Source of the DNA: Thermovirgaceae bacterium
GTDB taxonomy: Bacteria > Synergistota > Synergistia > Synergistales > Thermovirgaceae
Direction of reading: 5' to 3'
Assembly (NCBI GenBank): GCA_040767805.1
Contig: JAXGNU010000001.1
Span: 128,001-192,000, forward strand
Length of the DNA stretch: 64,000 bases
Positions 41,574 to 52,123 of the stretch are shown in pieces; position 1 is the stretch's first letter; the number at the start of each line of letters is the position of its first letter. The translations under genes and the position numbers were made by a program. Below the pieces are notes generated by a model, which was given only the letters and a program-made list of their open reading frames with translations, was not told where the DNA came from and made no database searches.

Positions 41574-41795
41574 TTATTGGTCCTCTTCGAACCTGAACAC
41601 TTCGATAGCCGCGTCGGGACAGGTCGTAGCGCACAATTTGCAGGCGATGCAACCTTCCTTGAACTGCTCCACGGGCCGGTAGCCCTTGCTGTTGATATGA
41701 TCCGAGATCCTCAAAACCTTGACCGGACAGGCTTCGACGCAAAGACCGCAGCTCTTGCAGTATTCCTCGAGCACACCGATACGCCCTTTCGCCAT
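41574..41795 (-). CDS. 2[4Fe-4S] ferredoxin-like delta subunit
   Basis: CKSCGLCVEACP and CIACKLCATTCP. Confidence 0.95.
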   Translation of the reverse strand: MAKGRIGVLEEYCKSCGLCVEACPVKVLRISDHINSKGYRPVEQFKEGCIACKLCATTCPDAAIEVFRFEEDQ

Positions 41796-41863
41796 TTACC
41801 CGCGCACCTTCTTCCTTCTTTTGATTTATTCGACAGGCCGGTTCACGGGACCGGCCCTATTCC

Positions 41864-42625
41864 CTAGGACCTGTCGTCGACCCTGGTCCACATGTAACCT
41901 TCCTCCCAGGGGAGCATCATGCGCCTGACCAGGGGCCAGAGCTCCAGGGGTGAGTCCTTTTGGAGAGCCCCTGTTTGTGAAACCAGCCGTGGCGAGACCG
42001 TCCCGTAAAGGACTTCGAGCCCCAGGGCTTTCCCGGCGTCGAAGACCCTGCGGTACCCCCAAAGGAGATCCTCGGCGGTGGTCTGGTCCATTAGGTGAGG
42101 GTTGGCGACGAGGGCGCCGACCTCCAGTTCCGATATCCCCTCGATGCCCTTCACCAGTTCAAGGACGCCCGCAGTATCCATGGTGCTCGGCCTGAAGGGA
42201 TTCACCACGAGCACCAGGAGATAGCCCGCTTCCCTCATCTGGTCCGAGAACTGCTTCAGGGCCCTCCCGCCGGCGGCGTCGCCCCCCACGTCGACGAGGA
42301 GCCTCCCCCCGGGGGACTTAACCGCCCAGGCCACCTCGGGCGCCATGACGGGCATATCGGACCACCGGGTGCTCTCCGGAGGGGTAAGGATACGGAAACC
42401 CTCCGCCCTGAGGCTGTCGGCCACCTGCCTGACGCAGAAATAGGGGTTTATGATATCCACGTCGGCCACGGTCACCTTTTCCCCGCAGTCGCGGAACCCC
42501 AGGGCCATGTTTAGCACCCACTCGGTCTTGCCCGAGCCCAGCGCCCCTGTGACGGCCAGGGCCTTCGGCCATTTCCTTTCGCAAAGAGAAGCGGGAAAGG
42601 CCCGCTCCCCCACGGGCGTTTTCAC
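41864..42625 (-). CDS. Uncharacterised P-loop NTPase (MinD/CobQ-like) preceding the oxidoreductase genes
   Basis: GALGSGKTE, DVDIINPYF, DVGGD, VNPFRP. GTG start overlaps the fmt stop. Confidence 0.8.
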   Translation of the reverse strand: MKTPVGERAFPASLCERKWPKALAVTGALGSGKTEWVLNMALGFRDCGEKVTVADVDIINPYFCVRQVADSLRAEGFRILTPPESTRWSDMPVMAPEVAWAVKSPGGRLLVDVGGDAAGGRALKQFSDQMREAGYLLVLVVNPFRPSTMDTAGVLELVKGIEGISELEVGALVANPHLMDQTTAEDLLWGYRRVFDAGKALGLEVLYGTVSPRLVSQTGALQKDSPLELWPLVRRMMLPWEEGYMWTRVDDRS

Positions 42626-43557
42626 TTCAGCATGTCCCCCTTCTTGAGAGCCCGGCCCCGGGACCAACCGGCACCGTCGGTCCGTCTGCGGCCTTCGGCC
42701 TGCACCTCCATGAGTTCGACGGAACCCTCACCGCAGGCGACCAGGGGGACCCCGTCCATGAAGCCGATGACCTCCCCCGGAGAACCCTCCCCCGGCCGCA
42801 CCCGGGTCCGCCATAATTTTGTCCGTTTCCCCCGGAAATCGAAGTGAGAACCCGGGTAGGGGTTCAGGGACCTGACCAGGTCGTGAACCCCCCTGGAAGG
42901 CTTTTCCCACCGGATCCCGGTCTCCTGCCTCGTCACCCTTGGCGCGAAAGTGGCCTTCTCGTGCTGCTGCTCCCTGAAGGAGGCCTTTCCCTTTCGGAAT
43001 GAATCCAGGCCTTCGACGGCGAGGCGGCTGCCTTCCACGGCGAGGGCCTCGGCAAGGTCGCCGAAGGTCTCCTCTTCACCGATCTCCACCCTCGAGGCGA
43101 GGAGCACCGGGCCGGCGTCGACCTCGCCCACGAGCCTGAAGACGGTCACCCCGGTCTCCCTTTCGCCGTTCATTATCGCTCTCTGGATGGGCGCCGCGCC
43201 GCGGTAGGCGGGGAGCAGGGAGGGGTGTATGTTCAGGCATCCCGGTTCGGGCATCGAGAGGAAGGGCTCACCTATGATCTGTGAAAAATCGACGACGAAA
43301 AAGCAAAAGGGCTTCTCCTCCCGGAAGGAACCCAGGATGGCCTCGTCGCTGTTTATATCGCCCGTCCTGAAGACCGGTATGCCCAGTTCCTCGGCGGTCC
43401 CGTCGACGGGGGTCCCCCTCTCGGCGAGGCCCCTGCCGGCGGGTTTCGGCAGGGCGGTGACGACCCTGCTGAAGGTCAGTTCGTCGGCGAGCGCCGTCAG
43501 GCAACGGGCGGCGAACTTCCCAGAACCGGCGAACCAGAGGGGGCCCTCCCGGGTCAT
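42622..43557 (-). CDS. fmt: Methionyl-tRNA formyltransferase
   Basis: NIHPSLLPAYRGAAPIQ, ETGVT, DAGP; follows def. Confidence 0.96.
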   Translation of the reverse strand: MTREGPLWFAGSGKFAARCLTALADELTFSRVVTALPKPAGRGLAERGTPVDGTAEELGIPVFRTGDINSDEAILGSFREEKPFCFFVVDFSQIIGEPFLSMPEPGCLNIHPSLLPAYRGAAPIQRAIMNGERETGVTVFRLVGEVDAGPVLLASRVEIGEEETFGDLAEALAVEGSRLAVEGLDSFRKGKASFREQQHEKATFAPRVTRQETGIRWEKPSRGVHDLVRSLNPYPGSHFDFRGKRTKLWRTRVRPGEGSPGEVIGFMDGVPLVACGEGSVELMEVQAEGRRRTDGAGWSRGRALKKGDMLK

Positions 43558-44042
43558 TTTTCCACCCTTTTTTGAAGTTTTTTCTTGAGGTACCGCCTCT
43601 TAAGCGGCGAGAGGCGGTCGAGGAACAGTTTGCCTTCCAGGTGGTCTATCTCGTGCATGAGCACCCTGGCCAGGAACCCCTCCTCCTCGAGCCTTATGGG
43701 TTCGCCGTGCTCGTCCCGGGCTTCGACGACGACCCGGGCCGGCCGCGTGACCTTTTCGAAAAACCCCGGCGCGCTCAGGCAGCCCTCTTCCAGCTCCTCT
43801 TCACCCTCCTGTTCTATCACGACGGGGTTGACCAGGACGATCCTCCTGTCCCTCCAACCGATGACGGCGACCCTCAGGCTGACGCCTATCTGCGGCGCCG
43901 CCAGGCCCACGCCGTCGTTCACCGCCATCGTCTCCCACATATCCCGCAGAAGGGACTGGAGTTCCTCCCCGAAGTCGGTCACGTCCTTGGCCTTTTCCAT
44001 CAACACCTGTTCGGGGTACTCCCGGATATCCCTGACAGGCAT
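43554..44042 (-). CDS. def: Peptide deformylase
   Basis: GVGLAAPQIG, EGCLS, HEIDHLEG. Start at ATG 44042. Confidence 0.97.
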   Translation of the reverse strand: MPVRDIREYPEQVLMEKAKDVTDFGEELQSLLRDMWETMAVNDGVGLAAPQIGVSLRVAVIGWRDRRIVLVNPVVIEQEGEEELEEGCLSAPGFFEKVTRPARVVVEARDEHGEPIRLEEEGFLARVLMHEIDHLEGKLFLDRLSPLKRRYLKKKLQKRVEK

Positions 44043-44070
44043 GGCGTCATCCCCTCGCCTTCCGGGCCTG

Positions 44071-44098
44071 AAAAAGCGGCCCTTCCAGGAAGGGCCGC
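44071..44098 (-). terminator. Intrinsic terminator after rpsA
   Basis: 10-bp stem GCGGCCCTTC/GAAGGGCCGC followed by TTTTT on the minus strand. Confidence 0.8.
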
Positions 44099-44112
44099 CC
44101 GACTCGTCGATA

Positions 44113-45621
44113 CTATTCCTGCAATGACTCCTTGATGATGTCACCGATGGTAACGTTGGTCTCACCGTCGAGGAACTGGGAGGGGTCGTCGCGGTGGTCG
44201 CCCTTCTTCCTCCTCTTAGCCGGCTCCTTCACGCCCTGCGGCTCCGGTTCCTCGAGAGCGCTCATGCTGAGCCTTATCCTGCGCTCCCCCGTTTTGATCT
44301 CGATGATCCTGGCCTGGACCTCCTGTCCCTCGGAGACCACGTCGCCCGGTTTTTCAACCCGCTTGCGGCTGATCTGGGAGACATGGATCAACCCCTCTAT
44401 GCCGTCCTCCAGTTCCACGAAGGCACCGAAATCGGTGAGGCGGACCACCTTTACGGTGTAGGTCCCGTCAACCTGGTACTTATCCTCCAGGTCCTTCCAG
44501 GGGTCGTGGAGTTGCTTGTAGCCCAGGCTTATCCTCCTGTTTTCGCCGTCGACGGAGAGGATCTGGGTTTCCACCTTTTGGCCCTTCTTGAGGACCTCCC
44601 GGGGATGGCCGATCCTCTGCCAACTGATGTCGCCGATATGGACCAGCCCCTCGACCCCGGGTTCCAGTTCGACGAAAGCGCCGAAATCGGCAAGGTTGGT
44701 GATCCTGCCGGTGAGGACCTGCCCCTCCCCGTAGCGGGCGGCCACATCATCCCACGGGTCGGGCTGGGTCTGCTTTATGCTCAGGGACACCCGGGAGCTC
44801 TCGGGGTCGATCCCGATGATCCTGACGCTTACCCGGTCGCCCTTGTTTACGATCTCTTTGGGCTTGATGTTCCTCCCCCAGGCGAGTTCCGTGTTGTGAA
44901 CGAGGCCTTCCACGGGCCCCAGGTTGACGAAGGCGCCGAAGGAGGTTACGGAGGTCACCACGCCCTCCAGGGTCTGCCCAATCTCCGTCTTTTCGAAGAA
45001 AGCCTGCTTCTCCACCTGGAGTTCCTCCTCCAGGAGGGCCCTCCTGGAGAGGACGATCCTCCGCTTCCGCCGGTCCTTTTCAAGGACCTTGACGTTGAAG
45101 GTGTCGTCCACCAGTTTCGAGGGGTTTACCCCCCTGCCCTCCTCGGCGAGGTGCGAGACGGGGACGAAGCCCTCTATGCCGCAGCAATCGACGATGAGGC
45201 CGCCCTTGACCTTTCTCAGGCCCCTGACTTCCAGCACGTCGCCTTCGGCGAGGCTCGATTCCATGGCGTCCCACCGTTCGTCGAACTCGATCCTCCAACG
45301 GCTGACGACCAGTTGGGACTCCTCGCCCTGCTTCAGGGAGACCACCCGCACCCTGACGGGGTCGCCCACGGAAGGGGCCTCCTTGGCCTCCACCAGTGAC
45401 CGGTGACTCCATTCGTTCCTTGGGAGAAAACCCTCGCACTTGAAACCCACGTCCACGAGCCAGCCCTCGTCGTTGACGGCCACCACCGTACCCTCGACGG
45501 TCTTGCCGCGGTGAAAGGCGCCTACGCTGTACTTTTCAAGAAAGTTCTCCATCGATTCATGGTTTCCCTCGTTTGAGGGGACTGCAGCCTTTTCGTTGTT
45601 CGTTCCCGTATCTTCCGTCAT
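44113..45621 (-). CDS. rpsA: 30S ribosomal protein S1 (five S1 repeats)
   Basis: Repeated FGAFV..GxEGLxHxS S1 domains; ATG overlaps the ispH stop. Confidence 0.95.
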   Translation of the reverse strand: MTEDTGTNNEKAAVPSNEGNHESMENFLEKYSVGAFHRGKTVEGTVVAVNDEGWLVDVGFKCEGFLPRNEWSHRSLVEAKEAPSVGDPVRVRVVSLKQGEESQLVVSRWRIEFDERWDAMESSLAEGDVLEVRGLRKVKGGLIVDCCGIEGFVPVSHLAEEGRGVNPSKLVDDTFNVKVLEKDRRKRRIVLSRRALLEEELQVEKQAFFEKTEIGQTLEGVVTSVTSFGAFVNLGPVEGLVHNTELAWGRNIKPKEIVNKGDRVSVRIIGIDPESSRVSLSIKQTQPDPWDDVAARYGEGQVLTGRITNLADFGAFVELEPGVEGLVHIGDISWQRIGHPREVLKKGQKVETQILSVDGENRRISLGYKQLHDPWKDLEDKYQVDGTYTVKVVRLTDFGAFVELEDGIEGLIHVSQISRKRVEKPGDVVSEGQEVQARIIEIKTGERRIRLSMSALEEPEPQGVKEPAKRRKKGDHRDDPSQFLDGETNVTIGDIIKESLQE

Positions 45622-46481
45622 TGCCAACCATCCTCCCCGGCGCTCCCGACAGACTCAAGTATCGTGGCGATTTTTTGGATCAGCCAGTCGGGCGTGCTCG
45701 CACCGGCTGCGATCCCGATCCTTTTCTTTCCCTTCAACCAACCCCTTTCGAGCCCGGCCTCGTCCTCGACCCAGAGGGCCGGGCACCCCGATGCGGCCGC
45801 TATCTGGAAGAGCCGCGCCGTGTTGGCGCTGTCCTTCCCGCCGATAACGATAATACCATCAACGGAACCGGCAAGTCGGGCCACCGATGCCTGCCTCGAG
45901 GAGGTGGCGTCGCAGATGGTATTGAAAACCCTCGTCTCCCCCGCCGCGGCGGACACCCGCGTGACCAGGTCCGCCAGGACCTCCTTGCGCTGGGTGGTCT
46001 GGGAGACGATGCCGACCTTCTCCAGACCGTCGAAGGACAGCCCCGCGACGGACGCGGGGTCCACCACGATGACGGGTCCCCCCGACGAACGCCTTATGGC
46101 CCTCACCTCGGGGTGATCCTCGTCGCCGAGCACCATGACGGTGTAGCCTTCCCGGGCGAGCAGGGCGGCCTTCTCCTTCGCCCTGCTGACAAAGGGGCAG
46201 GTACCGTCCAGGACCCGTGCCTCCCTGGCCCGCAGCTCTCCCATGACCTGGTCGGGTATGCCGTGGGCCCGGACGAACACGGTTCCTCCCGGCGGCATCT
46301 CGGAAGGGGTTTCGATGATCTCCAGGCCTTTTGAAAGGAGTCTTTCCACTTCCTGGGGGTTATGGATCGGGCTTCCCAGGGCGTAAACCTTGCCGTTCTC
46401 TTCCAGGGACTTCTCCAGGGCGGTTATGGCCCTTCTCACCCCGAAGCAGAAACCCTTCGGTTCGGCGAAGATCAGTTCCAC
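45618..46481 (-). CDS. ispH: 4-hydroxy-3-methylbut-2-enyl diphosphate reductase
   Basis: GFCFGVRRA, IHNP, RAHG, DGTCPFV, HPEV, TIC.AT..RQ, AGASTP. Confidence 0.97.
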   Translation of the reverse strand: MELIFAEPKGFCFGVRRAITALEKSLEENGKVYALGSPIHNPQEVERLLSKGLEIIETPSEMPPGGTVFVRAHGIPDQVMGELRAREARVLDGTCPFVSRAKEKAALLAREGYTVMVLGDEDHPEVRAIRRSSGGPVIVVDPASVAGLSFDGLEKVGIVSQTTQRKEVLADLVTRVSAAAGETRVFNTICDATSSRQASVARLAGSVDGIIVIGGKDSANTARLFQIAAASGCPALWVEDEAGLERGWLKGKKRIGIAAGASTPDWLIQKIATILESVGSAGEDGWQ

Positions 46482-47434
46482 CCCGGTCGTTCCCCCTGTC
46501 GTGCTTCCCAAAGACCCACCACTTTCCTGGCAATTTCAGGGATCGATCCGACGGTGACATAATACCACAGGCACGGGGTAAACCTCCTGAACCAGGTCAT
46601 CTGCCTCCGGGCGAAGGCCTTGGTGGCCCTGATGTCCCCCTCGGCCGCCTCGGTCAGGGTCATTTCGCCCCGATGGAAAGCCGCCAGTTCCCTGTACCCG
46701 AAGCCCTTCATGGAGGGCAGTTCGGGCCCGAAACCCATTGAAAGGAGGCGGGCCACCTCCTCGGGGTAGCCGGCGTCGAACTGCCCCCGCACCCTCTCCT
46801 CGATCTTCCGGTAAAGGGCCTCCCTGCCGGGGTAAAGGCCTATGTACAGCGGCCTGAAGGGTTTCCGGCCCCCCGACGCCCCCTTCTTCAGGCCCGTGAG
46901 GTTTTTTCCCGTCCCGTCGATGATCGAAAGGGCCCTTATGATCCTGAACCGGTCGTTGGGGTGGATCCTGGAGGCGTACTCGGGGTCCAGGTCCGCCAGC
47001 CTCCAGAAGAGCTCTTGGGACCCTCCCCGGTCCCATTCCTTCTCCAACTCGCCCCTCCTGTCGTCCCATCGCTCGAGGCCCTCGTGGATGACGTCGGCGA
47101 AGAAGGCCTTGAAGTAAAAGGGCGAACCACCCGCGAGGATGGGCGTCCTCCCCCTGGCCAGGATCTCACCCACGGCCCCCGCCGCGCCGGCGGCGAAGTC
47201 CGCCGCGGAGAAGGTCTCATCGGGGTCCGCCACGTCGATGAGGTGATGGGGGATCTCCCTCCTGGCATCGGGGGAGGCCTTGTCGGTCCCGACATCCATG
47301 AAGCGGTAGACCTGGCGGGAGTCCACGGAGATGATCTCGCCGTCGAGCCTTCGGGCCAGTTCGAGGGAGAGCCGGGTCTTTCCAGAAGCGGTGGGGCCGA
47401 TGATGGAGAGCAGTTCCCGGGGGGAGGCGGTCAT
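46472..47434 (-). CDS. miaA: tRNA dimethylallyltransferase
   Basis: GPTASGKT, DSRQVY, IHPND..RIIRAL, FARRQMTWFR. Confidence 0.97.
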   Translation of the reverse strand: MTASPRELLSIIGPTASGKTRLSLELARRLDGEIISVDSRQVYRFMDVGTDKASPDARREIPHHLIDVADPDETFSAADFAAGAAGAVGEILARGRTPILAGGSPFYFKAFFADVIHEGLERWDDRRGELEKEWDRGGSQELFWRLADLDPEYASRIHPNDRFRIIRALSIIDGTGKNLTGLKKGASGGRKPFRPLYIGLYPGREALYRKIEERVRGQFDAGYPEEVARLLSMGFGPELPSMKGFGYRELAAFHRGEMTLTEAAEGDIRATKAFARRQMTWFRRFTPCLWYYVTVGSIPEIARKVVGLWEARQGERPGWN

Positions 47435-49127
47435 TTCCCGCTCCTGGCGAAGAGCTTCGCCAGGTCCCTTCCCAGCAGCCTGACAAAGGTAGGCCTGCCG
47501 TGGGGACAGAGGGCCGGCTCCTCGCAGCGGAAGAGGTCTTCCAGCAGCGCCTCGGCCTCCTCGGGTGCCAGGGTGTCGGTTATCTTGACCGCCGCCCTGC
47601 AGGAGTCCCCGGGTATGCCGCTCCGGGTGAACTCCGGCGGCAGGCCGTCCTCGATGGCGGCCACGGCTGCCCTGAGCATGTCCATCGGGTCTCCCCCGCT
47701 CCCGTGGGGACGATCGCCGGGGACGGACTCGAGAACCATGGCCCCCGGCCCCGTTTTGAACCTGAAACCCAGGCTCTCCAGTTCGCCCTTGACCTCCTCC
47801 GCCCGGCGCGACAGGGAGGGAGGGAGTTGGACCTGCAGGGGGACGGCCTGGGGGAGAGAGGCGCGGCCCTCCGAGGAGAGTTTCTCGAAGAGGATCCTCT
47901 CATGGGCGGCGTGGGGGTCCATTATCAGGAGCCCGTCGGTCTCCTCGAAGAGAAGGTAACCCGAGCCGAGTCGGGTTATGAACCGGCCTTTCTTCACCCC
48001 TGGGGCAGGGCCCCCCTCGGCGGGGACCGAAAGGGGCGGTTCCCCCACCCTGGCGAAAAAGTCCACTTCCCCCTGCCGAGGTCGGTAAGGGCTTCCGCCT
48101 TCCCCCGCGGGGGCCCACTTCACCGGGCCCTTCGCGGTGAAGGCCCGCAGGCTCTCGGCGGGAAGGCTCCCCCCCTCCACGAGGGCGAGGACGGACCTCC
48201 TCACCGTGTCGTACACGGCCAGGGAGGAATGGCAACGCACCTCGGCCTTGCCGGGGTGCACGTTCACGTCGAGCAGCACGGCGGGGACGGTGATGAAAAA
48301 CATCCAGTTCCCCGAGGCCGCCTCACCGCAGGAGGACAGGGCCGCCGAAACGGCGGCGTCCCGCACCCGCCGACCGTTGAAGAAGATGATCGATTCCCTT
48401 CTCCGCGACCCCGGCGCCGGCAGCCAGAAGGTCTCCAGGGACAGGGGCCCGGACTCGACGGTGAGCTTCTTCGGCGCTTCACTCGTCCCCCATACCTTCG
48501 CCAGCGCTCCGGCCCTGTCCTGATCTCCCCCGGCGCTGGAAAAGACCTCCTTTTCCTCGCAGAGCACCCTGAAGGCCACCCCGGGAAAGGCCGCCGAGTA
48601 TTCTTTCACCACGTTGACGGCCCTCCTCGTCTCGGTGGCCGCGCTTTTCAGGAAATGCCTCCTGGCGGGGAGGTTGAAAAAAAGGTCTTCCGCCTGGACA
48701 CGGGTGCCCCGGCGGCATGGGAGGGAGGCGTGAAGGCCGACGACCCCCCCTTCGGCCCGCAGTACTCCCCCCTCCTCCCCCGCGGGGCGGCTCCTGATCT
48801 CGAACCGGCTCACGGCGCAGACGCTCGCCAGGGCCTCACCCCTGAAGCCGAAGGAGCCTATGCCCGAGAGGTCCCCGGCCTCGCTTATCTTGCTGGTGGC
48901 GAACCTCTCCACCGCCAGGGGAAGTTCAGCGAAGGGGATACCCTGGCCGTCGTCCTCGACGAAGACCAGGGACCGGCCCCCGTCCCTGAGGCCGACGGTG
49001 ATCCTGGCGGCCCCCGCGTCGAGGGAGTTCTCTATCAGTTCCTTCACCGCCGAGGCCGGGTTCTCTATCACCTCGCCCGCGGCGATACGCTGTGAAACAT
49101 CGGGGGGCAACCGCCTGATGGGCCTCA

Positions 49128-49131
<4 letters not shown>
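47431..49131 (-). CDS. mutL: DNA mismatch repair protein MutL (endonuclease type)
   Basis: IAAGEVIE, ENSLDAGA, GFRGEALAS, DVNVHP, DPHAAHERILFE, CPHGRP. Confidence 0.96.
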
Positions 49132-51703
<2,572 letters not shown>

Positions 51704-51707
<4 letters not shown>

Positions 51708-52123
51708 GGTCTCCGACTCTCCAGGTAGGATTGCAGGATCAGCGAGGCGGCCACCTTGTCAATGACGCCCCTCCTCCTGCGCCTCGAAAGGTCCCCTTCC
51801 AGGAGGGCCCTCTCCGCCTGGGCCGTGGAGAACCTCTCATCCCAGGGGACGACCTCGACGCTCTCGTCGCCTATCGCCTCCCGGAGCCTCTCGATGATCC
51901 CCAGGACGCGCTCCGCCTCGGGTCCCCTCGAGCCGTCGGTGTTGACGGGGACGCCCACGACGACGGCCCCGACCCCCCGCTCCCTCACCATATCTTTCAC
52001 CAGGGAGATCCAGTCCTTCCCGGCGTCGAGCACATCGATCCCCTGGGCGAAAGCTCCCAGGGGATCGCTTAGGGCCACGCCGATCCTCACCCTGCCGATA
52101 TCGAGGCCCAGGGTCCTTTTCAA
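51704..52123 (-). CDS. ruvX: YqgF/RuvX-family nuclease
   Basis: LGLDIG..RIGVA.SD, WDERFST, IDKVAA.LILQ.YL. Confidence 0.95.
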
